A stretch of 32,000 nt of DNA from Coprobacillaceae bacterium (GCA_963675515.1 OY776328.1:1110001-1142000); one strand, 5' to 3'; positions 16,281 to 25,125 are shown, counted from the first letter of the stretch. Notes: generated from the sequence alone by a model not told the origin. Program-made: numbers and translations.

Positions 16281-16387
16281 CAATGGTGGCAGTCTCTCAA
16301 CTGACCAAATTGTAATTCGTCCAGATAATACAATTTGCTTACTAAAAAAATTGTATTAACATAATTGAAAGAAACGGGAGGGCGCAT

Positions 16388-16864
16388 ATGAACAATTCAA
16401 CTTTGAAAAACCTGCTTGTCAACGGCCTGATCGCCGCCGCCTACGCCGCCTTGACAATCCTGGTTTTCCCATTGTCTTACGGACCGATCCAGATGCGGAT
16501 CTCAGAGGTGATGGTGTTTCTGGCTTTCTACAACAAGAAGTTCATCCCGGGTCTGACCCTGGGCTGTCTGATAGCGAACATCCCATCGACTCTTGGGGCG
16601 ATGGACATGGTCTTTGGAACGCTTTCCACCCTGATAGTGACGATTTTGATGTACCGGATCAACAACCGGTTTGTGGCGGCCTTTGCCGGAGCAACCGTCA
16701 CCGGAGCGATCATCGGCTGGGAACTCTCGATTGCTTTTGGCATCCCATTTTTGATCAACGCCTTCTATGTCTTTGCGGGCGAAGCGATTGTCCTGTTTGT
16801 CGGAGCCGTTGTCTTTGGTCGCATCGAGAAGAACCAGTCGTTCATCAAACTGATCAAGGAATGA
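16388..16864 (+). CDS. queT: QueT family queuosine-precursor transporter (ECF-type S component)
   Basis: 158 aa and very hydrophobic. LVNGLIAAAYAALTILVFPLSYGPIQMRISEVMVFLAFYN matches the recalled QueT N-terminus. The RBS is GGGAGG. Confidence 0.7.
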   Translation: MNNSTLKNLLVNGLIAAAYAALTILVFPLSYGPIQMRISEVMVFLAFYNKKFIPGLTLGCLIANIPSTLGAMDMVFGTLSTLIVTILMYRINNRFVAAFAGATVTGAIIGWELSIAFGIPFLINAFYVFAGEAIVLFVGAVVFGRIEKNQSFIKLIKE

Positions 16865-17392
16865 AACTGGATCAGGATATGTTTAGAACTATGGCTAAAC
16901 TGACATCAAAGATGTGGCCTATCGCGCCTTGAAAATTTCGTTTGATTGTTCGAAGTATAATCATATCATTGTTTGGCGACCAGAATACCCGGTAACAGAA
17001 CTGTCATTTTTTCATTCCCTCCAACTACACACAACTAATACTGGCACCGGCCCCGCTTGGAAAATCAAGGAACCAGGATTTTCAAGGACGTTGATTACAA
17101 TAGTGCAAGATGGAAAATCAATTTTCATAATCCAAAAAAACTTGATTTATAGAAGTTTTTTTGTTTAAAAACTAGATGTTTGGAGTATAATATACATATA
17201 GGGTGGCAATATGAATTTTGCCACTGGAGATGAATCAAAGAGAAAAAGTTGGCAATCTTTCAATCAATCCAATGACTCGATTTTTAATGGAATTTCATGC
17301 ACGATTAGAATTAGTTGGAAATTTATTTACTGGTAGGGCCACTCGTTACTTCAGTCATTAGTGGTTCAAGTGAGCGACCGTAAGGTAGCTTA

Positions 17393-17791
17393 ATGGAGAA
17401 AATGATTATGAACGAACAAAAAGACGATTTTGAACCTCAGGAACCGAAAAGTGGATCGGGATCTTCTCAGGATCAAGAAGAAACCTATTCAAAAGAGGAT
17501 ATTGAGAAAAACAAGACCATGGCTGGGCTTTCCTATTTTATTTTTTTCTTGCCGCTATTGGTTTGTCCCGATTCAAAATACGCCAAGTTTCACGCGAATC
17601 AGGGGTTGATCCTGTTTATCGCTGCCATAGCGGGAAATGCAATCTTAGGGTTTATCCCCGTGATTGGGTGGATGCTTATCCCGATTTACGGGCTAGGCGT
17701 TCTGGCACTTGGCATCATGGGCCTTATCAATGGCCTTGGAGGAAAAGCGACACGGCTGCCCCTGATCGGCGGATTTGACCTAATCAAGTAA
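17393..17791 (+). CDS. Small membrane protein, DUF4870/Tic20-like
   Basis: 132 aa. An acidic N-terminal tail is followed by LSYFIFFLPLLVCPDSKYAKFHANQGLILFI and two further TM helices. The start codon is uncertain (17393, 17402 or 17408). Confidence 0.5.
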   Translation: MEKMIMNEQKDDFEPQEPKSGSGSSQDQEETYSKEDIEKNKTMAGLSYFIFFLPLLVCPDSKYAKFHANQGLILFIAAIAGNAILGFIPVIGWMLIPIYGLGVLALGIMGLINGLGGKATRLPLIGGFDLIK

Positions 17792-17818
17792 AAAACGAAT
17801 ATTCTAATTTTAGGAACG

Positions 17819-17877
17819 AAATGGACCCATGCATCCGGATACGTCATAAAAACGTGCTTGGATTCATGGGTCCATTT
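17819..17877. terminator. Long hairpin / bidirectional terminator between convergent genes
   Basis: AAATGGACCCATG (17819-17831) pairs perfectly with CATGGGTCCATTT (17865-17877). It is flanked by A-rich and T-rich runs, and the loop is partly self-complementary. Confidence 0.65.
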
Positions 17878-17906
17878 TTAATATCTTAATTTATTGCATT
17901 CCAATC

Positions 17907-18800
17907 TTATTTTTTGAGCTTGCGGTACTTGTGTTCAGGCAGGGAAATCAGCACCTGGGTGTACGGCGGGATCGAGCTGGTGATGAAGCTGTTGCCTCCG
18001 ATCACGCTGTTATGGCCGATCACCGTCTCGCCACCAAGCACGGTCGTGTTGGCATAGAGGACGACGTGGTCTTCGATGGTCGGATGGCGCTTGATACCTT
18101 TTAGACCCTGGCCTTTGGCAGTCGACAGGGCGCCTACCGTCACTCCCTGGTAGATCTTGACATGGTCGCCGATTATGGCGGTTTCACCGATGACGATTCC
18201 GGTCCCATGGTCGATCATGAAATACTCACCGATGGTCGCACCCGGGTTGATGTCGATTCCGGTCTTGCTGTGGGCCTCTTCGGACATCATTCTTGGAATG
18301 AATGGGACCTTGGCTTTGTATAGCTCATGGGCGATGCGGTAGACGAAAATGGCGTACAGTCCCGGGTAGGAGAATATGATTCCCTCATGGCTGTCGGCCG
18401 CCGGGTCACCGTCCATCATCGCCTGGACATCCTTCATCAGCTTGGTCTGGATTTCAGGCATCTTGGCGATGAAATCCATCACGATCTCGTGGGATCTCTC
18501 GCCAAGTTGGGGACAGTTCTCGTTCTCGTAATTCAATGCGATCTGGACGTGGTTGGCCATGTCCTCATAGATCCGCGCCAGAATCGATCCGGCAAAGTTG
18601 TCCAGGGAATTGAATTTGGGATTCTCTGGTCCAAAAAATCCGGGGAACATCAGACGGCGGATGTCTTTCATCGTGTCGAGCACCGCCCTTAGATTTGGCA
18701 GTTTATAACAATGACGTTCGTCGAAATCCTCGTAGCCCCGGTAGTTGCGGGCCAGTTCCTTCCCGATGTCATTGATGTCTTCTTTTATCTTATTACTCAT
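17907..18800 (-). CDS. cysE: Serine O-acetyltransferase
   Basis: The ATG at 18800 follows AGAGGTGAAAGC. The left-handed beta-helix hexapeptide region DINPGATIGEYFMIDHGTGIVIGETAIIGDHVKIYQGVTVGA and the N-terminal SATase helical domain are both present. Confidence 0.85.
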   Translation of the reverse strand: MSNKIKEDINDIGKELARNYRGYEDFDERHCYKLPNLRAVLDTMKDIRRLMFPGFFGPENPKFNSLDNFAGSILARIYEDMANHVQIALNYENENCPQLGERSHEIVMDFIAKMPEIQTKLMKDVQAMMDGDPAADSHEGIIFSYPGLYAIFVYRIAHELYKAKVPFIPRMMSEEAHSKTGIDINPGATIGEYFMIDHGTGIVIGETAIIGDHVKIYQGVTVGALSTAKGQGLKGIKRHPTIEDHVVLYANTTVLGGETVIGHNSVIGGNSFITSSIPPYTQVLISLPEHKYRKLKK

Positions 18801-18866
18801 GCTTTCACCTCTTAAGCCATTATAACCCATCTTTTAATAAATGGAAAACGTTTAGCTAAAATAATT

Positions 18867-19304
18867 TCATTGATCGAGCAGCTTGTCTATATCGTTGCTT
18901 GAAAAGATTTCAATACCGGCCTGGTCAAGCAAGTCTGCGGCTATGCCATTGCCGGGGATGAGCGTCTTCGAAAAGGTTCCATCATAGATCAAGCCATGAC
19001 CACATGAAGGCGACCGGACCTGCAACAATGCCTTTTTGCAGTCGCAGATTCGGGCAATCTTCACCGCTTCTTTGGCACCGCCGATGAACTCGCGGTCGAA
19101 GTTCTCGCCATCCCGGTTGCAAAAATGGACCTCCACCTTTTCCACCGGCTTTCTTGGGGTGGCCATGCCCCCGAAGACTTCCGGGCATACTGGAATCAGG
19201 TTGTATTTTTCCTTGAGCTTATCAAGCTGTTCGATCAGGTTGTTTTTGCCATCATAACGGCAGTTGACCCCGAGCAGACAGGCGCTCACAAGCAGATTTT
19301 CCAT
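18867..19304 (-). CDS. DUF523 family protein (TudS-like, 2-thiouracil desulfidase family)
   Basis: 145 aa. LVSACLLGVNCRYDG and PVCPEV.GGM.TPR are the conserved Cys motifs of DUF523. The RBS is GGAGG. Confidence 0.75.
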   Translation of the reverse strand: MENLLVSACLLGVNCRYDGKNNLIEQLDKLKEKYNLIPVCPEVFGGMATPRKPVEKVEVHFCNRDGENFDREFIGGAKEAVKIARICDCKKALLQVRSPSCGHGLIYDGTFSKTLIPGNGIAADLLDQAGIEIFSSNDIDKLLDQ

Positions 19305-19489
19305 GGCTTTGCCTCCTTGTCGTGAATCAATTGTACCACATAAATCAAATCAAAGACAGTCAAAATACCAGACGCTATTATTGGATTTGGGCCTAGGATT
19401 GGCGGCCATGGCATCAAAAGATAAAGGGGTCCTTTCAGGAGTTGATGGCATCATTCTAGCCATGGCTGGAACAATAATATGCTTTTCTC

Positions 19490-19517
19490 TTTACAAATGC
19501 CTCCAGGATGCTATAAT
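19490..19517 (+). promoter_or_regulatory. Sigma-A type promoter driving the FMN riboswitch and ribU
   Basis: The -35 box is TTTACA (19490-19495). A 16-nt spacer follows, then an extended -10 TGcTATAAT (19509-19517). Confidence 0.7.
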
Positions 19518-19529
19518 ACGGTTGAAAAT

Positions 19530-19640
19530 AAAAGTCTTCAGGGCAGGGTTTGATTCCCGACCGGCGGTGACAGTCCGCGAGCGCAAGCTGAGTAGGTGCG
19601 ATTCCTACACCGACAGTATAGTCTGGATAAAAGAAGATCA
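19530..19640 (+). promoter_or_regulatory. FMN riboswitch (RFN element)
   Basis: GTCTTCAGGGCAGGGTTTGATTCCCGACCGGCGGTGACAGTCCGCGAGC...AGGTGCGATTCCTACACCGACAGTATAGTCTGGATAAAAGAAGA matches the conserved RFN core (CTTCGGGGCAGGGTGAAATTCCCGACCGGCGGT ... GCCGACAGTGAAAGTCTGGATGGGAGAAG) almost position for position. Confidence 0.93.
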
Positions 19641-19657
19641 TCACATCTTTTTTGCCG
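19628..19657 (+). terminator. Riboswitch expression-platform terminator
   Basis: AAAAGAAGAT catcac ATCTTTTTT. The stem shares the 3' strand of the P1 helix and runs into a T tract. Confidence 0.6.
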
Positions 19658-19710
19658 TTCATGGAGACCCGTCTTTTCATGACTTTTTTACATTTAAGGA
19701 GAAGATGTTT

Positions 19711-20346
19711 ATGGAAATTACCAAAACGAGAACTTTAGTTACTTTAGCCATGCTTTCGGCCCTTGGCGCATTGTTGAACCTGATTGAAATCCCATATCCC
19801 ATCGCCCCTTGGCTGATGATCGACCTGGCTGAGGTCGTGGTCCTGGTCGCATTCTTGATGCACGGGTTCCAGGGCGGTGTGATTGTCTCTTTCGCCAAAT
19901 TCTTTGTTTCCCTGGTCATCAAGGGACCGGTGGGACCGTTTGGGATCGGGCAGATAACCGCTTTGATCGGGTCGCTTACAATCCTTGGCTTCTACATGCT
20001 GTTCGACAAGGTGTTCAGATCGAAATACCTGCCGGCCATCATTGCGACGATGCTTTGCTTTGCGACTGTCATGGTTGTGATCAACTATCTGTTCGTTACC
20101 CCGACCTACCTTTCACAAAAATTCACCTGGTACACCCAGCTGCCGTATACGCTGGATATCAACGCCTTCAACGAGTATTTCGGGATGAGTCTTCCAAGCC
20201 TGGGATTTTTAGGATGGCTTGGCCCTTATGGTGAGGCGATCTTCATCATCTATTTCCCATTCAACCTGTTGAAGGGACTTGTCACCGGATTTTTCTACCG
20301 GGTATTGAAGCCGGTAATCATCAAGAACTTCATCAAGCGGGCCTAG
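19711..20346 (+). CDS. ribU: ECF transporter S component, riboflavin-specific (RibU-like)
   Basis: It lies downstream of the FMN riboswitch. MEITKTRTLVTLAMLSALGALLNLIEIPYPIAPWLMIDLAEVVVLVAFL is the typical S-component N-terminus. The start is ATG 19711 (9 nt after GGAG) or 19705. The track ORF start at 19264 runs through the riboswitch and is an artefact. Confidence 0.8.
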   Translation: MEITKTRTLVTLAMLSALGALLNLIEIPYPIAPWLMIDLAEVVVLVAFLMHGFQGGVIVSFAKFFVSLVIKGPVGPFGIGQITALIGSLTILGFYMLFDKVFRSKYLPAIIATMLCFATVMVVINYLFVTPTYLSQKFTWYTQLPYTLDINAFNEYFGMSLPSLGFLGWLGPYGEAIFIIYFPFNLLKGLVTGFFYRVLKPVIIKNFIKRA

Positions 20347-20358
20347 CCTGCTTTTTTT
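20337..20358 (+). terminator. Rho-independent terminator after ribU
   Basis: GCGGGC cta GCCTGC (one G-U pair) followed by TTTTTTT. It overlaps the stop codon. Confidence 0.6.
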
Positions 20359-20436
20359 CATATGTAAATAAAGTGACTGTAGTAATTATAATAAATGTTT
20401 GATACAATAAATGTATCTAAATAAGGGGAGGGCATC

Positions 20437-21438
20437 ATGATGAAGAAACCATACTTGCGCGAATATCAGAAAATCACTAAGCTTATTATCCTGATTTCCA
20501 TCGCCATCAACCTGGTATCGGTGTATCTGGATTTTTTCGTGCTCCATAATTCGTTGCTGCTGACCCTTGGGGATGTCACGTTGCTTGCGACATTGACCCT
20601 TGTCTATGTCTTCTTTGAAAGGTTCCTGGACAGCTTTTTTGTGCGCCGGTGGATCTTTGCGGTATTTCCGCTTGTCTACTTTCCCATGGCTTGGCTTGGC
20701 TCTTCTGGAAACCACCAGATCGGGGTGATATACTTCTTCCTTTTCTCCTCGGTCATGATGTTCATCAATCCCGGCAAGATCGGCTTTCTTGCGATACTTG
20801 CCTTGCTTCTGGAGATGATGGTACTTGTGGCCTGGGGCAACTCGACTTTGAATGGTCCGGGTTTCGAGTGGGAGTACCTGCTCCACCTGGGGATTGTCGG
20901 AATTGCCAACACCTTCATAATGTACAGCATCATCGTCAAAAACAATCTCCTCTCACAGACTTTCTACCACAATTCCAACCGGGATTTTCTGACCGGGAGC
21001 TACAACCGCCGCTATCTCAACGAACATTTCGCTTCCCTGGACGAGTCCGGCAATTACGGCGTTTCGACATGTCTGTTTTTCTGCGACCTTGACGACTTCA
21101 AGATGATCAATGACAGCCATGGCCATGAGACCGGTGACCGGGTGCTCAAGCTCTTCGGTGATGTCATCACGTCCCAGATCCGCTCGCAGGACCTGTTCGG
21201 CCGTTTTGGCGGCGATGAATTCGTGATCCTGGTCAACAATCTCAAAGCTGACGACGCCCTGGGTTTCCAGAGCCGCATCATCGACCAGTTTTCCAACCAG
21301 GCCCGCCAGCAGTTTGGCTTCGAGGTGGCCGTATCGATCGGCTTTGCCATGGTCGACCAAAGCATTGAAAAGGCGATGGACCAGGCCGACAAGGCCATGT
21401 ACCAAAGCAAGAACAAGAAAAAAGCCCTGGAGTTTTGA
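20437..21438 (+). CDS. Membrane-bound diguanylate cyclase (multi-TM sensor plus GGDEF with RxxD I-site)
   Basis: 333 aa. About 160 aa of TM helices are followed by NRRYLNEH, DDFKMINDSHGH and RSQDLFGRFGGDEF. The RxxD is at the canonical distance from an intact GGDEF. The RBS is GGGGAGG. Confidence 0.9.
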   Translation: MMKKPYLREYQKITKLIILISIAINLVSVYLDFFVLHNSLLLTLGDVTLLATLTLVYVFFERFLDSFFVRRWIFAVFPLVYFPMAWLGSSGNHQIGVIYFFLFSSVMMFINPGKIGFLAILALLLEMMVLVAWGNSTLNGPGFEWEYLLHLGIVGIANTFIMYSIIVKNNLLSQTFYHNSNRDFLTGSYNRRYLNEHFASLDESGNYGVSTCLFFCDLDDFKMINDSHGHETGDRVLKLFGDVITSQIRSQDLFGRFGGDEFVILVNNLKADDALGFQSRIIDQFSNQARQQFGFEVAVSIGFAMVDQSIEKAMDQADKAMYQSKNKKKALEF

Positions 21439-21451
21439 TTCCGGGGCTTTT
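21424..21451. terminator. Hairpin terminator shared by convergent genes
   Basis: GCCCTGGA gttttgat TCCGGGGC followed by TTTT on the plus strand. On the minus strand the same hairpin is followed by TTTTTT. Confidence 0.5.
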
Positions 21452-21461
21452 AAGTTCAAAT

Positions 21462-22229
21462 TCAGTATTGGGGCTGGTCGTTGCAGTCGAACATCGTTCT
21501 CAAAAAGACAAACAGTCCGCTGATCAGGGTGAAATAGCGGTTGAGGTAGATGGCGATCATGATGGCTATCTGGTACATGATGGCGTCGCTTGGCAGGGCG
21601 CCACCCAGTATCTGGCCGGTCATCATCCCGGGCAGGGCGACCAGGCCCAGTGTGGCCATCGAGGCCACGGTCGGCTTGATCGTCAGGGTCAAGGCCTCCT
21701 TGATGTAGGGCTTGCATGCCTGAAACAATGTGGCTCCCAGGGCCAGGTCGTAATTGAGGATCTCCTTGTTGTTTTTGATGCCGTTTAAAAAGGTGTTGAG
21801 TCCCACGATATTGCCGTTGAGCACGTTGCCAAGAAGCATTCCGCCGATGGTTATCACATAGCGGGCCGGCAGGATGCCATCAAGCTCGAGCAGGACAACA
21901 TTGAAAAAAAGGATAAGCAATAGATTGGGCACCATCACGCTTAGAAACATCGGGACCATCAGCTTCCTGTTTTTGATGGCTGTGGCCTTGAGGGTGTTGT
22001 AGGTGGCGATCAGTTCCATGATCAGGATGTAGAGCAGGTTGAGCAAATGATTGTCAAGCTCGAAGATGTATCTAAGATAGATGCCCACCACGGTGAGCTG
22101 GGCGAACATCCGCACCATTGCAAGGAGGATCTGGCTGTTGAGCCGGATTTCCAAAAAGCGGTTGACAAGCAGGGTCGGGATGACCAGAAGGCTCAGCATT
22201 AAAAGGCCAAAATAGGTTATCTGTTCCAT
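21462..22229 (-). CDS. fetB: FetB/YbbM family (UPF0014) ABC transporter permease
   Basis: The ATG at 22229 (MEQITYF...) overlaps the upstream stop in a TGATG junction. AQLTVVGIYLRYIF, LALGAT and LGLVALPGMMTGQILGG align well with my recollection of E. coli FetB. Confidence 0.8.
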   Translation of the reverse strand: MEQITYFGLLMLSLLVIPTLLVNRFLEIRLNSQILLAMVRMFAQLTVVGIYLRYIFELDNHLLNLLYILIMELIATYNTLKATAIKNRKLMVPMFLSVMVPNLLLILFFNVVLLELDGILPARYVITIGGMLLGNVLNGNIVGLNTFLNGIKNNKEILNYDLALGATLFQACKPYIKEALTLTIKPTVASMATLGLVALPGMMTGQILGGALPSDAIMYQIAIMIAIYLNRYFTLISGLFVFLRTMFDCNDQPQY

Positions 22230-22840
22230 CACCAGCGCACCTCCTTGAATTTTCCGGTTTCTTTGAAGCACCGGTCGTGGGAAATGACGATGACGGTGGC
22301 ATCGAGTCCCGCAAGATAGGCGGCCGTCTTTTCCTTGAGCTCGCTGTCCAAGCCTGAAGTTATCTCATCGAAAAGAAAGATGTCCCGGCCCAGACTCAAG
22401 GCGATCATCAAGCCCAGCCGCTGGCGCTGGCCCCCGGAAAGCTTGCCTGTGTCAAGTTTGAACAGGTTCTGGTCGAACTCGAAGTGGTCGAGCAGTTCTT
22501 TGGCGATCGTGCCGTCAAAACTGTTGTGGTCGTATTTGTGGATCCGTTTCAACACATCTTGGACGATGCCTTCCTGGATTGTCACATCCTGGTTCACATA
22601 GGAAAAGTTCTGGCGGACCGCCTTCAAATCGCCGTATTCAAGAAGCTGTCCCCTGAAATAGTAGTTGCCTGAGTCCGGCCTGACAAAACCGAGGAGGATC
22701 TTGAGCAGGGTCGATTTGCCCCGGCCGGATTTCCCGGTGATCAATATTTTATCGCCCTGGTTGACTTTTAGGTTGAAATGGTCGAAAATTATAGTATCAT
22801 CATAGCGCAAATTGATATCTTCAAGTTTAATCAAACACAT
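22229..22840 (-). CDS. fetA: ABC transporter ATP-binding protein (FetA/YbbL-like)
   Basis: Walker A is GKSGRGKST, the ABC signature is LSGGQRQRL and Walker B is IFLFDEITSGLD. It is translationally coupled to the fetB-like permease. Confidence 0.85.
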   Translation of the reverse strand: MCLIKLEDINLRYDDTIIFDHFNLKVNQGDKILITGKSGRGKSTLLKILLGFVRPDSGNYYFRGQLLEYGDLKAVRQNFSYVNQDVTIQEGIVQDVLKRIHKYDHNSFDGTIAKELLDHFEFDQNLFKLDTGKLSGGQRQRLGLMIALSLGRDIFLFDEITSGLDSELKEKTAAYLAGLDATVIVISHDRCFKETGKFKEVRW

Positions 22841-22919
22841 AGGCTCTACCTCACATAGGTAAAGTTTACCATTGTCGATAATAAGTTACAAGCATGCAAC
22901 AAAAAGAAAGGGTGATTGG

Positions 22920-23657
22920 ATGAAAAGAGTAGCCGCATTTTTCGATATCGACGGAACGATCTATCGCGAAGGGCTGATCACCGAGCTTTTCAAGAAACTG
23001 ATCAAGCACGAGCTGGTCGACGAGTCGGTCTGGTTCGATGATGTCCGCCAGGCTTTCATGAAATATGACCGGCGCCAGGGCGACTATGACAGCTATCTCG
23101 ATGCCATGGTCGACTCCTACACCAAGTCGATTCTCGGGGTCAACCGGGTCTTGATCGACCATATCGCCACCAAGGTCATCGAACAGAAGGGCGACCGGGT
23201 CTATGTCTTCACCCGGGACCAGATAAAATACCATAAGGAAGAAAACAACATTCTTCTTGCCATTTCCGGTTCGCCCATCGAGCTGGTTGAAAAGATGGCA
23301 AGGAAATATGAGTTCGACGACTATAGGGGCACCATCTACGTGACCGATGATTCCAATTGCTACACCGACCAGATCATCCCGATGTGGGATGGCGCATCGA
23401 AGCTCAACGCCATCAAGAAGCTCGTAAAAAAGTACGACATCGACCTGGCCCAGTCCTATGCGTATGGCGACACGGTGGGGGACTTCACGATGTTCAAGAT
23501 GGTCGGCCATCCCTATGCGATCAACCCGACCAAGGCGCTTTTAAAGATGATCTACGAAGACCCGGGCGTAGCAAGCAAGATCAAGGTCATTGTCGAACGC
23601 AAGAACGTAATCTATGAAATAAAAATGTCCGACGTCAAGTTTCTCGATCTCGAATAG
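22920..23657 (+). CDS. HAD-IB family hydrolase (SerB-like phosphatase superfamily)
   Basis: The ATG at 22920 follows GGGTGA. HAD motif I is FFDIDGTI, motif II is AISGSP, and motifs III/IV are K...YGDTVGD. Confidence 0.75.
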   Translation: MKRVAAFFDIDGTIYREGLITELFKKLIKHELVDESVWFDDVRQAFMKYDRRQGDYDSYLDAMVDSYTKSILGVNRVLIDHIATKVIEQKGDRVYVFTRDQIKYHKEENNILLAISGSPIELVEKMARKYEFDDYRGTIYVTDDSNCYTDQIIPMWDGASKLNAIKKLVKKYDIDLAQSYAYGDTVGDFTMFKMVGHPYAINPTKALLKMIYEDPGVASKIKVIVERKNVIYEIKMSDVKFLDLE

Positions 23658-23679
23658 CCAGGTAAAAGCCTGGTTTTTA
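23657..23679 (+). terminator. Rho-independent terminator after the HAD gene
   Basis: GCCAGG taaaag CCTGGT followed by TTTTT. Confidence 0.65.
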
Positions 23680-23775
23680 TTGTTTTTGCGAACGGATTTA
23701 TCAATATCCTAAAAATACTTTACAATTTTGTCGTAATAATATATTATCGAATAGTTTTTTAAAGGAGAGCATACA

Positions 23776-25125
23776 ATGGAAAAAAATAAATTCAGCAGCC
23801 GGCTGGGCTTTGTCATGGCCGTGGCCGGCAGTGCGGTGGGGCTGGGAAATATCTGGCGATTCCCTTACCTTGCGGCCAAATACGGGGGTGGGACCTTCCT
23901 TATCGTCTATATCGCCCTTGCCCTTACAATCGGTTTCACTTTGCTTGTGAGTGAGACGGCAATCGGAAGGATGACCGGGGCCCCCAGCCCGATCAAGGCC
24001 TACAAGCATCTTCGTGCCGGCAAATTGAAATTTGGCGGTTATATCAACGCCCTGGTTCCCATCCTGATATTGCCATACTACAGCGCCATCGGGGGCTGGG
24101 TCCTCAAATACTTCTATGAATACCTGACCGGAAACAGCCAATCACTAATAAGCTTTGATTATTTTGGCAGCTTCATCTCGAATCCCCTCGAGCCGATCAT
24201 CTTCCTGCTTGTATTCACCGGGATCTGTTATGTGATAATCACCCAGGGGGTCAAGGGCGGAATCGAGAAGATGTCGCTGATCCTGATGCCCGTCCTGATT
24301 GTCCTGGCGGTATTCATCTCGGGTTACACCCTGACCACCCCGGGCGCAATCGAAGGGGTCAAATACTACCTTTCGATCAAACCGGAATATTTCACCATCT
24401 CCACAGTTGTGGCGGCTTTGGGTCAGATTTTCTACTCCCTGTCGATCGGGATGGGGATCCTGATCACCTTCGGTTCGTATATGGATAAAAAGGATGATAT
24501 GGAAGCCTCAATCGGCCAGATCGAGATCATGGATACCCTTATCGCATTTCTGGCGGGGATGATGATCATCCCGGCGGTCTTTGCCTTTTCCAGTGGGGCC
24601 AATGTTTCCGCTGGACCATCACTGATGTTCATAACCCTGCCCCAGGTCTTTTCTTCGATGGCCTTTGGCAACATCATCGGCCTGGTATTCTTCCTGCTTG
24701 TATTCTTCGCGGCTTTGACTTCGGCGGTATCGCTGTATGAGGCGAACATCGCCATTGTCGAGGAAGTATTCAAGATCGACCGGAAGAAAGCCAACCACTG
24801 GCTTTTTGTCTGGACGTTTGGCATCGGGATCCTGGTGGCTTTAGGCTTCAATGTCCTCTCGTTTGTCCAGGTGGCGGGAATGTCGATCCTGGACATGCTT
24901 GATTTTGTCACCAATTCGATCTTCATGCCAATCGGGGCCCTGTGCACCGTGTTGCTGATCGTGTTTGTCGTAAAGATCGACACAATCGTAGGCGAAGTCA
25001 AGTCGTCATCGGAGTTCCACCGCGAGAAGATCTACCGCTTTTTGGTTAAGTACATCGCCGCCCCGGCTCTTATCGTCATCCTGGTGAGCTTCATCCTGGC
25101 TTCGCTCCATGTCATATCAATTTAA
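23776..25125 (+). CDS. Sodium-dependent transporter, neurotransmitter:sodium symporter (NSS/SNF) family
   Basis: FSSRLGFVMAVAGSAVGLGNIWRFPYLAAKYGGG is the hallmark NSS TM1 motif. The protein is 449 aa with about 11-12 TM helices. The RBS is AGGAGA. Confidence 0.92.
   Translation: MEKNKFSSRLGFVMAVAGSAVGLGNIWRFPYLAAKYGGGTFLIVYIALALTIGFTLLVSETAIGRMTGAPSPIKAYKHLRAGKLKFGGYINALVPILILPYYSAIGGWVLKYFYEYLTGNSQSLISFDYFGSFISNPLEPIIFLLVFTGICYVIITQGVKGGIEKMSLILMPVLIVLAVFISGYTLTTPGAIEGVKYYLSIKPEYFTISTVVAALGQIFYSLSIGMGILITFGSYMDKKDDMEASIGQIEIMDTLIAFLAGMMIIPAVFAFSSGANVSAGPSLMFITLPQVFSSMAFGNIIGLVFFLLVFFAALTSAVSLYEANIAIVEEVFKIDRKKANHWLFVWTFGIGILVALGFNVLSFVQVAGMSILDMLDFVTNSIFMPIGALCTVLLIVFVVKIDTIVGEVKSSSEFHREKIYRFLVKYIAAPALIVILVSFILASLHVISI

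Noticed and set aside
16281-16387. Calling a preQ1-I riboswitch upstream of queT
   Set aside because: The context is right, but the sequence does not fit the remembered consensus: there is no short G/C-rich P1 followed by an AAAAAACUA tail, and the order here is ACUAAAAAAA. It is kept only as an unexplained structured leader in the findings.
16914-17168. 84-aa plus-strand ORF in the large intergenic gap
   Set aside because: It has a non-ATG start, no RBS and no recognisable motifs, and it ends inside an A/T hairpin. It is likely non-coding.
17170-17392. c-di-GMP (GEMM-I/II) riboswitch, T-box or tRNA-like element in the leader of the DUF4870-like gene
   Set aside because: I looked for GGCAAACC / ACGCAAAGC-type GEMM cores and found none. 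I also found no T-box GGGTGGTACCGCG box at the 3' end and no T-arm. GGTTCAAGT at about 17361 lacks flanking complementary stems.
19264-19710. The 5' 147 codons of the 360-aa ORF 19264-20346, and the minus-strand ORFs 19456-19680 and 19677-19922
   Set aside because: This stretch contains the divergent promoter region, an FMN riboswitch and its terminator. The real RibU-like CDS starts at 19705/19711 after AAGGAG.
20386-21717. Minus-strand ORFs 20386-20886 (166 aa) and 20953-21717 (254 aa), and plus-strand ORF 20649-21092
   Set aside because: They lie antisense to, or out of frame with, the GGDEF gene and the fetB-like gene. Their Arg/Pro/Gly/His-rich translations are typical of spurious frames, and one spans a terminator hairpin.
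22866-23510. 214-aa minus-strand ORF opposite the HAD hydrolase gene
   Set aside because: It is a shadow ORF. The plus-strand frame has canonical HAD motifs and an RBS.
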